64,000 nt of DNA from a virus: the IMG/VR virus record IMGVR_UViG_3300032053_000050, positions 7,803-71,802 of that record; one strand, 5' to 3'. Positions 20,378 to 30,934 of this stretch are shown here, piece after piece; position 1 is the first letter of the stretch; each line of letters begins with the position of its first letter. Position numbers and translations under genes: made by a program. The notes beneath the pieces were generated by a model that saw nothing but the letters and a program-made list of their open reading frames with translations, did no database searches and was not told where the DNA came from.

Positions 20378-21002
20378 AAGAGTGAGACAAAGAGTCAATA
20401 ACAATTATTTGCGTAAGTGAAGAAAGTGAGATTCGGCTTTCGAGGTAGCACTCGTAAAATCTACTAACGGCAGAAGTATAATAAAAGAGTTAAAGCTAGC
20501 AGAACACTCTATAAAACTTGACTTCGGATTTGGGTGACTATCCGCAAGGTGTCAATATGCAGATGAAACTGTATAACTGCAAGCACCCAGGCATTTAAGA
20601 AAAAACTTCGCATAAAATGAACATCTGCCAGTTGTTCAAAGTAATGTAAGAAGTCTCTGGAAAAAAGTAACTTGGCAGAGTGAAAGTGGAAGGAGTTTTA
20701 GTAGTAGTTTAATTGGCTAAAACACCGCGTGAAGTGGTAATATGGATTCGAATTCCATCTACTAACCAAAAAATCTGTTGAAGACAAACACTGGGTAACC
20801 AGGTCCACCAAGATTTGGACAGTTTATCGGATGATAGAGAGTGTTGAAACAAACAGCCAGAATCCTGGTTACAGGAGCGGTAATCTATTTAACTTGGTAA
20901 CAGATTTTTTACATAGCTCCTGTCAACGACAGAAAAAGTGTGAATCTATCTAAAATAGTACTTATAAAAGATAGAAAACCGATGAAAGATCGGCGGGAGC
21001 TA
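20378..21002 (+). ncRNA. Large multi-domain structured RNA (about 620 nt) with embedded tRNA-like element
   Basis: No + strand ORF, higher GC, follows promoter and boxA; helices gggtg/caccc, tgcag/ctgca, tctgcca/tggcaga, aaatctgtt/aacagattt, gtaaccagg/cctggttac, tagctcc/ggagcta. Confidence 0.65.
20698..20768 (+). ncRNA. tRNA-like module with non-canonical anticodon loop
   Basis: ttagtag/ctactaa-cca, D arm, accgc-gtgaa-gtggt, T arm atgga-ttcgaat-tccat. Confidence 0.65.
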
Positions 21003-21005
21003 CCT

Positions 21006-21087
21006 GTTAAGATGTTGTAAATGGAAGCCAAGCTGGTTTCAAAAACCAGTGTTGAAAGACGTGAGGGTTCGAATCCCTCTCTTAACA
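21006..21087 (+). tRNA. tRNA-Leu(CAA)
   Basis: ctggt-ttcaaaa-accag; long variable arm. Confidence 0.85.
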
Positions 21088-21119
21088 CTAATTTGTAGTA
21101 TTTATTTAATAATAAAAAA

Positions 21120-21374
21120 ATGTTATTAATTCTTGAAATTCTTTTAACTATTTTTGCATGGCGAAAAGGTTGGAAATGGTTTGCTTTACTTCCATTAGGT
21201 ATTGGTGTAGTAATTAGTTTCTTAATAGGCATTATTGTTGGAGCATCTGGCGGATCAGTTGATACTGCTAAAGGTATAGGACTTGTATTTGATATTTTAG
21301 TTATTATTATTCTTGTTGTTATGAATATTAAAAAACCCGATGAAACTAAATCTGATGTCACAAAAGAATTCTAA
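21120..21374 (+). CDS. Small membrane protein
   Basis: Three hydrophobic segments. Confidence 0.6.
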   Translation: MLLILEILLTIFAWRKGWKWFALLPLGIGVVISFLIGIIVGASGGSVDTAKGIGLVFDILVIIILVVMNIKKPDETKSDVTKEF

Positions 21375-21613
21375 AAAAATAAAAAATATTTGTGAAAAAT
21401 GCGCTGCTAAACAAAATAAAACATTAGCAGGGGTTGCATCATTTTGGGAAGATATCTGTGATGTTTGTCTTAAAGAAACAATGGTGGCGGATATTTATGA
21501 TTTTATATATTATTTAGAAGATGATTTTTAATGAAAAAATATAAACCAAAGGAAAATCATTGGAATTTTAGAATAATAACTGAAAAATAAATTTCCACAG
21601 AAATATAAAATAT

Positions 21614-21871
21614 ATGAATGAACTTTCAAAAGAACCACAAGGCAATGAAGCTAATACCTTGTTAGGCACAATACTTTCTAAATCAGTAACATTTAAAATA
21701 GAAATACGTGAATTAGATAAAACTGTACCATTGAACGAAGTGGAAAATTTCAAAGAATGGCTAGAACATAAAGCATTGGAGGTTGGAACAGGTAGACAAC
21801 ACGAACATTACGGATATACTGATGATTATAAAGATGACATTGGTGTATCTTTTTACGTGTATTGTGCCTAA
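21614..21871 (+). CDS. Hypothetical protein containing a segment bounded by an attC-core-like inverted repeat
   Basis: GTTAGGCACAATAC (21661) and GTATTGTGCCTAAC (21859). Confidence 0.55.
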   Translation: MNELSKEPQGNEANTLLGTILSKSVTFKIEIRELDKTVPLNEVENFKEWLEHKALEVGTGRQHEHYGYTDDYKDDIGVSFYVYCA

Positions 21872-22141
21872 CTAGCGTGTACCCCTGAGTTTTTCAGGCT
21901 CACACATAAATTGAATTAAATATGATCGAAAAAAGGTACAATAAATTCAAAGCTGAGCAGAAACATTAAAAAATCAAAAAAATGAGTTATAAAAAAGATT
22001 TTAAAAGACGAGAATTAGAACATGAACTTTATTGGGAAGAACAAGAACTCAGAAAAGAGGCTAAGCAAAAACAAGAAAAGATTTGGCAAGATAAACTTCG
22101 CAAAGGGAGAGAACGTTTACAACACTTAAAAGATCTACAAA

Positions 22142-22514
22142 ATGAGAATAATTAAAATTAATGCAAAATGTAGCGATCTTTGTTATTCAGAATATATTGT
22201 TAATGGAAAACCGTTGCTGAAAATGACGGTTATCCTGTTGACATTACCGGATTAAGTTATGGAGATTATATTGTTTTTAAATTAGATTTAGATATAGGGA
22301 AAATCGTTAATTGGAAAGTTCCTACTCATGAAAAAATAATGGATGCCTTTAAAGAAGATGACGAAAATGAAGAAGAAGATGATAATAGTTTTATTTTAAA
22401 AGGAGATATTTTAGTTGAAAGAGAATCAGATTTAGTTGATTTTACTAAAGACCCATCTTTTAATGATTTTCCTGAAGGATGGATTAGAACTTCTAAAGAT
22501 CGTTGGAAAAAATA
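22142..22514 (+). pseudogene. Hypothetical phage protein with one frameshift
   Basis: MRIIKINAKCSDL...NGK continues in another frame as AENDGYPVDITGLSYGDYI. Confidence 0.5.
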
Positions 22515-22539
22515 ATTTTATTAACAAATTTATAAAAAC

Positions 22540-23043
22540 ATGAAAAACTTATTATTAATTTTATGTTTGATGGTTATATTAATATTAATACCATCTACAA
22601 TTATTGCTCAAACTGATAATACTTCTCATAAAAGTCCATTTGCATTTAGTGTACATGGAGGATATTCATGGCTTGATGGTGTTATTGGAGCTGATTTTCA
22701 ATCAGGTTTATTAGGTATATCTGGTGGTTGGATGCCAACCACCATGCCTATATCTGGAACACGTATAAATTCTACTGGAATAGCTTTATCTTTATATAGT
22801 AATCCTCCTACAGAATCTAGTGCTTTTTATTTATCTATTGGAGTTAATTCACATGGATATAGATATGAAGATAGTTTTGGAAATGCACAATCAAAATCTA
22901 TGGCTATAGTAATGGGAGGTTGGAAATATAATGTTAATATGTTATATTTAAAAATGGGATCAGGATACGGATGGTGTGATGAAGCCGGAGTATGGACAGC
23001 TGAAATAACATTGGGCATAAATTTATTTAAAAATTATAAATAA
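22540..23043 (+). CDS. Secreted probable beta-barrel protein
   Basis: Signal peptide ending IIA-Q; Gly/aromatic-rich strands. Confidence 0.55.
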   Translation: MKNLLLILCLMVILILIPSTIIAQTDNTSHKSPFAFSVHGGYSWLDGVIGADFQSGLLGISGGWMPTTMPISGTRINSTGIALSLYSNPPTESSAFYLSIGVNSHGYRYEDSFGNAQSKSMAIVMGGWKYNVNMLYLKMGSGYGWCDEAGVWTAEITLGINLFKNYK

Positions 23044-23057
23044 AAAATTAATTAAAG

Positions 23058-23468
23058 ATGAAAAAATCAAATTTCTTAAAAGTATTGTTTGCGTCATTAA
23101 TAATGATATTAATAATTGGTATATTTTCATGTGAAGAAGATCTTCTTAATTGTGAAGTTTACCATACTGGAACATTAAATATTTATAATGATTTTCCCGG
23201 AGTCATAATAGTAGATGTATTTACTGAAAATAGTTTTAGAGGAGAACGTACTCTTGGTATAGGACAATCGACTATTTATAGTAATATTCCAGCAGGAAAT
23301 GTTGAAATATGGGAAACTGATGCATATAGTGATTGGGGATATTGGGATACTTATGTTGAAGAATGTGAAATCACAGATTTTTCTATATATTATGAAATAA
23401 AAGGAATACAACAAATATTAAAAATACCTCTTAATATAGAACAAAAAATAAAAAGTGATAAAAAATAA
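23058..23468 (+). CDS. Lipoprotein
   Basis: Lipobox IFS-C followed by acidic EED. Confidence 0.65.
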   Translation: MKKSNFLKVLFASLIMILIIGIFSCEEDLLNCEVYHTGTLNIYNDFPGVIIVDVFTENSFRGERTLGIGQSTIYSNIPAGNVEIWETDAYSDWGYWDTYVEECEITDFSIYYEIKGIQQILKIPLNIEQKIKSDKK

Positions 23469-23504
23469 AAGTTTTATTTTTTATTAATATATAAACATTA
23501 TAAT

Positions 23505-23575
23505 TGTTCATTGGTGTAATGGTAACACATCGCCCTTTGAAGGCGGTATTTAAGGTTCGAATCCTTAATGAACAA
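23505..23575 (+). tRNA. tRNA-Gln(TTG)
   Basis: tcgcc-ctttgaa-ggcgg. Confidence 0.9.
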
Positions 23576-24211
23576 CTGTAGTAATTAGTTAATAATAATT
23601 TAGAATTATGAAAAGTAGTGTTATTTATAAAGGCTACGTAATTGAGATTAATGAAACAACATCAAATTATCATTTTATTGTTAAAAAAGATAATAAGATA
23701 ATTTTAGAATCAGTTGGAGGATTTCCACTTCCAGAAGAAGCTGAAATACAAGGAAAATTGTATGTAAATCGTTTAATTGCTAGTAATAGTGGTTGGAGAG
23801 TATTATAATGATTATAGAAAATTATAATTACAATGATTATATAATTGAAATTCATGAAAATCCAATTTATCATGATTTTGAATTTGTAGTAAAATCTTTT
23901 GATGGTTCTATTATTGAAGGAACAAGTTTACACCCATATTTACAAAAATGTGATGCTGAAATGGCTGCAAAAATTCTAATAAGTGAAATATAATAGTTTA
24001 AATATAGTCATTGGAAAATTAATTATTATTGATAATAATCTTTTTTTTAAAAATGAAGATTGGCTATTAAAAGTTAATAATGTAACATCTAACGATAAAG
24101 GTTTTTTTCAAATTGCGGGATGGTATGTTTATAAAGAACCTTTAGATTTAGATGATTTTAATTATGAAGTTAAAATTTTAAATGATAAATATTGTCATTT
24201 AATTAAAAAAT

Positions 24212-24748
24212 ATGAATAAACAACAACTTAATATTAAAGAATTAATAAAAGATATTCCCGATTTTCCTCAAAAAGGGATTATATTTAGAGATATAACGAC
24301 TCTCTTAAACAACGATAGAGGAATTATATTAATTCAAAATGAAATTAATGATTCAATTAATTATCATTTAACTTTTAATAAAGTTGTAGCTATAGAAGCT
24401 AGAGGATTTATAATAGGTTCTTTATTAGTTACAAAAAAAATTAGACCTCTTGTATTAGCAAGAAAACCTGGTAAACTTCCTAATGAAATTCTTCAAAAAA
24501 AATATTCTTCAGAATATGCTGATGATACTATATGTATACAATTATCGGATATCTCTAGAAGTGATAATATTATTGTTGTTGATGATGTTTTAGCTACAGG
24601 AAGAACTGCAAAAACAACTTGTGAAATTATAGAAACTTTAGGAGGTAGAATAGAAGCATGTTATTTCTTAATTGAGTTAGACCAATTGAGGGGGAGAGAA
24701 AAATTAGAAAGATTAGGCATAAATGTAATATCAAGCATACATTATTAA
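24212..24748 (+). CDS. apt: Adenine phosphoribosyltransferase
   Basis: IPDFPQKGIIFRDITTLL, EARGF, RKPGKLP, VVDDVLATG. Confidence 0.92.
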   Translation: MNKQQLNIKELIKDIPDFPQKGIIFRDITTLLNNDRGIILIQNEINDSINYHLTFNKVVAIEARGFIIGSLLVTKKIRPLVLARKPGKLPNEILQKKYSSEYADDTICIQLSDISRSDNIIVVDDVLATGRTAKTTCEIIETLGGRIEACYFLIELDQLRGREKLERLGINVISSIHY

Positions 24749-24763
24749 AATAATTATACTGAA

Positions 24764-25159
24764 ATGGAAGTAGATTCAACAGATTCAACAAATTCAATAA
24801 ACTATTATGGTGATCAATCTTGGCAACAATGGATTCCAAATCCATGGGAACCTTGGATGCCTGAACCAATACCAATAACTCCTTATCCGAATACTCCTAA
24901 TGTGCCTACAAAAACAATTAAAAGAATTACTCGTACTATTGAAAAATATGGTCCAATAGGAGAATATCTTGGAAGAGAAGTTATTACTGAAGATCTTGAA
25001 GATGTTGAAGTTCCTGATTATTCTTGGAAACCAGATTATAATAACTATCCAATTATAACATGTAACTATCCAATTATAACATATGATTTAATATATAATA
25101 TAAGTACTGATATAAATTCTCCTTATAATCAAAATGTTTCTTTCACTTCTCAAAACTAA
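24764..25159 (+). CDS. Pro-rich hypothetical protein
   Basis: ORF. Confidence 0.5.
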   Translation: MEVDSTDSTNSINYYGDQSWQQWIPNPWEPWMPEPIPITPYPNTPNVPTKTIKRITRTIEKYGPIGEYLGREVITEDLEDVEVPDYSWKPDYNNYPIITCNYPIITYDLIYNISTDINSPYNQNVSFTSQN

Positions 25160-25162
25160 TTT

Positions 25163-26137
25163 ATGAGAACACTTTTAACAACACATAACGTTGAAGTCTT
25201 TAAATTGTTTTTTAATCATAAATTACATGATATTTTTAGAGAAGATTTACATATTTATGTAGATAAAGAAAACTCATATGAATGGGAATATTTTATTACA
25301 AATTCTCCTCTTATAAATAATACACATATTTATAATGAACTTGATTTAAAAGAATATTACGGTGATGTATATAACAGTCATTTAAAAACTTTCAAAAAAG
25401 TATATTTTATTAATATGCTTTTAGAAAAGGGCTTACTTGATGATGGTTTTTATTTCACAGATGATGATGTTTTGTTATTTAGTAGAATAGACGAAATAAA
25501 AGATTATGAACATATAATGTTTGATCATGAAGTATCTAAAATGGATACTGTGTTTAAAGGTGGATGGAATATAATTGACAAATTTAGATTAGATCATACT
25601 GGAAAAATAAATCATAATTTTTCCGCATCTAATTTCTTCATTCCTAAAAATAAAATAACAATACTTAAAGAAAAAAGTCTAATTTTATTTTGGGCATTTT
25701 TAAATATATTATATAATGATAGAGAATATATTGATAGAGTGTGCACAAAAACTAGATCTGTTAGAAAATGTAGTGTGTTAGTGTTCTATTTAGATGCATT
25801 ATTTCTTAATGTTTTATTTTCAAATATTTTTGATGGAACAGAAAAAGGAGTAGATTATAAAAAACCAACATATCGTCATATCAGAGGAATAAAAGAAAAA
25901 TTGCTTACAAGAAATGCTAAGGAAATTTGGATGTATTTTGTATCTAAAAATAAATCTAATTGGCCAAAAGGACAACCATTATTTCATTTTGTTGTAACTA
26001 ATAAAGTTCCATTAATGACAGAATTTTATAAAGCTCTTAATGGAGAAGAACCAATTTATAAAAACATTGATGATTTATTAATATTAAATGCTAAAGAACG
26101 AAGTAAATTAAAAAAGAATAATAATATTCAAATTTAA
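25163..26137 (+). CDS. Hypothetical protein, possibly GT-A glycosyltransferase
   Basis: FYFTDDDVLL DxD-like motif. Confidence 0.4.
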   Translation: MRTLLTTHNVEVFKLFFNHKLHDIFREDLHIYVDKENSYEWEYFITNSPLINNTHIYNELDLKEYYGDVYNSHLKTFKKVYFINMLLEKGLLDDGFYFTDDDVLLFSRIDEIKDYEHIMFDHEVSKMDTVFKGGWNIIDKFRLDHTGKINHNFSASNFFIPKNKITILKEKSLILFWAFLNILYNDREYIDRVCTKTRSVRKCSVLVFYLDALFLNVLFSNIFDGTEKGVDYKKPTYRHIRGIKEKLLTRNAKEIWMYFVSKNKSNWPKGQPLFHFVVTNKVPLMTEFYKALNGEEPIYKNIDDLLILNAKERSKLKKNNNIQI

Positions 26138-26396
26138 AAAACTTATAACATGTCAAAAACAAAACTAGATAATCATTATCAAATAAATGAAGGAGGAGGA
26201 TTAACAAAAAGAGAATATTTTGCAATAATGGCAATGAATGGATTATTATCATTAAATAATAATGCATTTTATGGAGATGTTGTTCATGATGCTATATCTT
26301 GCGCTGATAGATTAATTGAAGAACTTAATAAATCTGATGAAATTTTATAATGTTTATACTATGGATAAGTTAACTAATGATATTTGGAAAACAAAT

Positions 26397-26456
26397 GATA
26401 TTTGGAAACAAGGAGAACCAATGAAACAAGGAGAACCAATGAAACAAGGAGAACCG
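26397..26456 (+). repeat. In-frame 18-bp tandem repeats in ORF 26337-26609
   Basis: aaacaaggagaacc(aatg) x3, preceded by aatgatatttggaaa x2. Confidence 0.8.
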
Positions 26457-26904
26457 TGGTCAGTTGAAGAACTTGATGAATTTATTCGTCTCAATAAAAA
26501 TAAATTTAATAATATTTATCTTCCTTTAAAAAATTATGAATCAAAATTCTTTACTAAATTATTTATAAGATTAAGACGAGTAATCAAAAGATTTTTAACA
26601 AAATTTTAACAAATATTTAATATATTTTTCATAAAATAATATTATATTTAACGTACAATAAAAAATATGAATAGATTAGAATTTAAAAATGGTGATTTAG
26701 TTTATCATAAAACTAATATTGATGTTACAATGATAATACAGGATTTTTGTCAAAACGATAAAGTATTGTGTTCTTGGATTACAAAAAAAGGAATACCAGA
26801 ATCTTGTGATTTTCACAGTTTTGAATTAGATCATATTGAAAATTTAACAAAAGCTTAACACTATGTTATAAAACTAACCGTTTTTAACATTATATATAAT
26901 ATAA

Positions 26905-26976
26905 TTGATTGTGGTAAAATTTGCGTTACTTCGAATTATGCAATTAGATTAATACGCAAATTAAATTTCCCAACAT
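26905..26976 (+). ncRNA. Y-like RNA 2 (minimal), upstream of the Ro60 locus
   Basis: ttg-tggtaa-aatttgcgt-tacttcg...acgcaaatt-aaatttcc-caa; covarying with other copies. Confidence 0.75.
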
Positions 26977-27010
26977 TTTTAATAATCGTAGCTGAATAAG
27001 CTGTCGAAAT

Positions 27011-27048
27011 AAAAATCCCGGGAAATTGAAAAAGTTCCGGGATTTTTT
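27011..27048 (+). terminator. Intrinsic terminator
   Basis: aaaaatcccggg...ttccgggatttttt. Confidence 0.8.
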
Positions 27049-27065
27049 GTTTTAGTAATTTATTA

Positions 27066-27677
27066 ATGGCAAATTTTAAACAAACATCTTACAAGTATAT
27101 CTATATTTATAGAATTATTAATTTAACAAATAAAAAATGTTATGTAGGTTTTCACGCAACTAATAATGAATATGAAAAAGACAATTATTTTGGAAGTGGA
27201 ATTTTAATTGATAAAGCAATTAAAAAATATGGAATTAATAATTTTGTTAAAGGAATAATTGAATATATTGATGTTAAAGAATGGAAAGAAAAAGAGTTAT
27301 TTTGGATAAAACAAATGAATTCGCATCTGAGTAAACATGGATATAATCAAACATGGGGAGGAGAAGGTTCTTTTGGATTAATTATGAGTGAAGAATCAAA
27401 AGAAAAATGTCGTATCGCAGCAAAAAATAAACCGGCGATTAAAGAAGAAACTAGACAAAAATTAGCAGATAAAGCGAAAGAACGAAAAATGTCTGATAAA
27501 TGTAAAGCAGCATTAATAAAATCTATAACTGGAAGAAAAAAATCTAAAGAAGAATTAAATAAAATATCTAGAAAAGATTGGAAACATTCTTTAGAAACAA
27601 AATCAAATATGAGTAAAAAAAGATTAGGGGTTAAGCGTGGCCCATATAAAAAACGCAAAATAATTTCTTTAATTTAA
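27066..27677 (+). CDS. GIY-YIG homing endonuclease with NUMOD3 repeats
   Basis: YIYRIINLTNKKCYVG, YFGSG, GYNQTWGG, KHSLETK. Confidence 0.9.
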   Translation: MANFKQTSYKYIYIYRIINLTNKKCYVGFHATNNEYEKDNYFGSGILIDKAIKKYGINNFVKGIIEYIDVKEWKEKELFWIKQMNSHLSKHGYNQTWGGEGSFGLIMSEESKEKCRIAAKNKPAIKEETRQKLADKAKERKMSDKCKAALIKSITGRKKSKEELNKISRKDWKHSLETKSNMSKKRLGVKRGPYKKRKIISLI

Positions 27678-27701
27678 ATTAATAGTAAAAAGGAGGTCAT
27701 T

Positions 27702-29417
27702 ATGGCAAAATTTAATGAAAAAAGAATTTCTAAATCAGAAGTAAAACCTGCATTAACTCATCAAGGCGGCGCAGGTCTTACACAAAAAAGTGAGCATGAA
27801 TTAATTGGAATTTTAGCTACGGGAATACAAAATACGTACTATGAAAAAGAAACAGAACGTGAAATACGTTTTAAAGAAGTTTTTGCAAAAGTTGCGCAAA
27901 AAAATGCATTATTCGCAGCAAAAGCTTTAATATATGCTCGTACTGTATTTGGTCAAAGAAGTGTAACTCATTATGGTGCTGTAGAAATTATACCATTTTT
28001 AAGTGGTAATGAAATAGCAAAAAAATTCTTTTCAAAAAGAGATAGAAAAGAAAATAAAGGAGGTATAGTTTATAGATTAGATGATATGGCTGAAATATTA
28101 GCATGTTATCAAGCTAAAAATGGAATTGATGCGCCTTTACCTAATGCTTTAAAAAAGGGATTTAAAGATGCTATAGAAAAAAGTGATGCATATCAGTTAG
28201 CAAAATACCAGATGAAGTCTCGTGGTGTAAGCCTTGTTGACATCGTTAACTTGGTTCGTCCTATACCTACTAAGATGAATGGAACCATTACTGTGACTGA
28301 AGAAGAATACCAGAAGGCTATCAAGGGAACTAAATTCGTTCCAGGACATAAGAAGTACAGAGCAGAATATGCAGAAATCCCTGTTCGTAATGAAAAAGGA
28401 ACTACTATTCCAGCACTTCATGCACTTGTTATCGGATTGCTTAAGCAGTTCAACACTGTTGAAGACAAGAACACCGAAGCAGGTAAGGTTGTAGCCGAAA
28501 AAGTTAAGAAGGGTGAAATCACTGCTGAACAGGCAACTGTTGAACTTAATGAAGCTAAGACTGACAACTATGTAGACCTTATTAAGACTAAGAAGATTGG
28601 GTACCTTGCATTACTTCGTAACGTACGTAACATTCTTAAGACCAATGATACTGCATTACTTGACATGGCTTGTGAACTTTTAGTTCAGAAGGACTTCATT
28701 GTTAAGTCACTTGTATGGCCTACTCAAATTGATGTAGCTTTAGAAATTATGACTCTTGAATTCTCTGGCGCGCAAATGGCAAAAGTTACTAAGGCTCTTG
28801 GACTCGCTTATGAATTAGCAATTCCTAATCTTGAACAACTTCTTCCAGAAGGTAAAACTGCAGTCGTATTCGATACTTCAGGTTCTATGGGAGGTGAGAA
28901 CCATATTTATCTTGATGCAAAAAAATCTATTAATAAAAAACCTGCTGATAAAGCTGCGCTTATAGCTGCAACTTTTGCCAAAGGAGTTAATGGAGATGTA
29001 TACCATTTTGGGTCTACTTCTGAACAAATTATAGGATGGAATCCAAATGATTCTGTTAATACTTTAAAACAGAAGTTTATGTCATATAACGGACGTTGTG
29101 GTCATGGAACAGACTTTGGAGCTTGCTTCAAATTATTTGAACACATGAATAAACAATATGATAGAATTATTCTTATTTCTGACGAACAAGATGGTTATGG
29201 AAATGTAGAAAGCAATTACAAAGGATATTGCCAAAAGTTTGGAACTCCATACGTGTATATCATAAACATATGTGGATATGCTGTAACTTCTCCTATAAAA
29301 AGTGGTGATAGAGTATTTCGTTTATACGGATACAATCAAGATTTATATGACAAAATAACTCAAATGGAAATAAATCCTCAGATTGTTATAGAAGAAATTA
29401 ACAAAATAGAAATTTAA
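27702..29417 (+). CDS. Ro60-like TROVE domain RNA-binding protein with C-terminal vWA
   Basis: YQLAKY, SLVDIVNL.RP, GYLALLRNVRNIL, VVFDTSGSM MIDAS, GTD, ILISDEQ. Confidence 0.9.
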   Translation: MAKFNEKRISKSEVKPALTHQGGAGLTQKSEHELIGILATGIQNTYYEKETEREIRFKEVFAKVAQKNALFAAKALIYARTVFGQRSVTHYGAVEIIPFLSGNEIAKKFFSKRDRKENKGGIVYRLDDMAEILACYQAKNGIDAPLPNALKKGFKDAIEKSDAYQLAKYQMKSRGVSLVDIVNLVRPIPTKMNGTITVTEEEYQKAIKGTKFVPGHKKYRAEYAEIPVRNEKGTTIPALHALVIGLLKQFNTVEDKNTEAGKVVAEKVKKGEITAEQATVELNEAKTDNYVDLIKTKKIGYLALLRNVRNILKTNDTALLDMACELLVQKDFIVKSLVWPTQIDVALEIMTLEFSGAQMAKVTKALGLAYELAIPNLEQLLPEGKTAVVFDTSGSMGGENHIYLDAKKSINKKPADKAALIAATFAKGVNGDVYHFGSTSEQIIGWNPNDSVNTLKQKFMSYNGRCGHGTDFGACFKLFEHMNKQYDRIILISDEQDGYGNVESNYKGYCQKFGTPYVYIINICGYAVTSPIKSGDRVFRLYGYNQDLYDKITQMEINPQIVIEEINKIEI

Positions 29418-29419
29418 TT

Positions 29420-30019
29420 TTAAAGGGAACCCAAAGTTCCCTTTATTTTTTTACCTTTGTTCCAAGGAACTCTTCCTTTCATGTTTTCACTCATTTTTTT
29501 GCGTGATTCTTTTGTATGATGTTTTCCATACATACCATTTTTTTCTCCTAAATTATTTATTTTATTTTTATTTCCTATTTTTCTTTTACATTCTTCAGAT
29601 CTAAGATGACCCTTACATCCTTTAACATTTATTAACTTTAATTTTTTTGTCATTTTTTCAATAGTTTCTTTACTGTAAATATTATGTTTTCCTTTATTCC
29701 ACGGTTCAACTCCGCGTGTTCCATTTCCGTATCCACTTTCAGAAATATTATAACCATTAGGATTAATTGTATTTTTTTCCTTTATCCAATATTCTTCTCG
29801 TTCATTTAATTGTTTTTCAGATACACAATATTCAATTATTTCTTTAATAAAAGTTTTTTTACTATATTTTTTTATAGCTTTATTTAATAATATCCCACTA
29901 CCAATATATTCATCTATTTCATCGTTTGACACATGTTGTCCCACATAACTTTTCCCTGTTATTAAATTTGTAGTAATATACACATACATATATTTAAAAA
30001 CTTTCTTTCGTTCTTTCAT
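29420..30019 (-). CDS. GIY-YIG homing endonuclease with NUMOD3 repeats
   Basis: YVYITTNLITGKSYVGQ, YIGSG, PNGYN, GMYGKHHTKES, PWNKG. Confidence 0.9.
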   Translation of the reverse strand: MKERKKVFKYMYVYITTNLITGKSYVGQHVSNDEIDEYIGSGILLNKAIKKYSKKTFIKEIIEYCVSEKQLNEREEYWIKEKNTINPNGYNISESGYGNGTRGVEPWNKGKHNIYSKETIEKMTKKLKLINVKGCKGHLRSEECKRKIGNKNKINNLGEKNGMYGKHHTKESRKKMSENMKGRVPWNKGKKIKGTLGSL

Positions 30020-30123
30020 TTTTTAATTTATATATTCTTTAAAAATTGCACATTAAGTTGACTTAGCGTTTACTTTTATTTTTTCTTGTCAAGAATAATG
30101 ATTATATTTGTAAAAAATATACT

Positions 30124-30459
30124 ATGAAACTTAAAGATTTAACAAAGGAACAAACTATTGAAATCGCTCAGTTGATTTACCCATTTTCAGATGATGTTAA
30201 ATCAGATTATGTTTTTCATTATCAACCATACAATAAAGAATGGTTTGAAGATGCTAGAGAATATGTTAGATTAACATTTCGAGGCGTAACATTTGGAGAT
30301 ACTGTTGATGATCTTGTATTAGATATAAACAAAAACTTAGATTGTTGGTTTTATTATAGTAGAAAAGATGGTCTTCATACTTTACCAAGTCGTAATCAAC
30401 ATGCAGTTCAAAAGAAATTTATTGAATGGAACATAGAACCTAATTATACACAAGAATGA
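30124..30459 (+). CDS. Hypothetical protein
   Basis: ORF after TATATTTG promoter. Confidence 0.55.
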   Translation: MKLKDLTKEQTIEIAQLIYPFSDDVKSDYVFHYQPYNKEWFEDAREYVRLTFRGVTFGDTVDDLVLDINKNLDCWFYYSRKDGLHTLPSRNQHAVQKKFIEWNIEPNYTQE

Positions 30460-30934
30460 AACCCCACTTTTTTCTTAAAACAGCTTATTTACTTGGTAAA
30501 GAATCTAAATGTGTTTCTAAACAAGTAGGTGCTCTTATCGTTAGAGATAATAGAGTCATATCAATGGGATATAATGGAACTCCAGCAGGCTATGAAAATT
30601 GCTGTGATCATTTTCCAGATTATACTAAAAAAGATCGTGATGTTCATCATAAATGGTCAAGAATTTACGAAATACACGCTGAACAAAATGGTATCGATTT
30701 TGCTGCTAAACACGGTGTTAGTACTACGGATGTGATTTATATTGCATACTAGAACCATGTGATGAATGTCTTAAAAGCATAATTGCAGCAGGTATTAAAA
30801 AAGTATATTTTGTGAATGAATATGATAAATCTACAAAAGATAATGGTTTGTGGGATAGAATTGAACATGAACAAGTTACAGATGTAGATTTACTTGATTG
30901 GATCTGGGTTCAAGAACATCCAGAAATGTATTAA
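30456..30934 (+). pseudogene. dCMP deaminase, frameshifted near 30730
   Basis: SKC..KQVGA, GYNG, HAEQN in one frame; LYCILEPCDECLKSII.AGIKKV in another. Confidence 0.85.

Noticed and set aside
20378-21002. RNase P RNA or group I/II intron
   Set aside because: No GAGGAAAGUCC, no recognisable P7 pair or domain V, and no interrupted host gene
23574-23590. Seventh Y-like RNA (aactgtagtaattagtt)
   Set aside because: Only the 5' UGUAGUAA is present; no UACUUCG or 3' strand; at most a vestige
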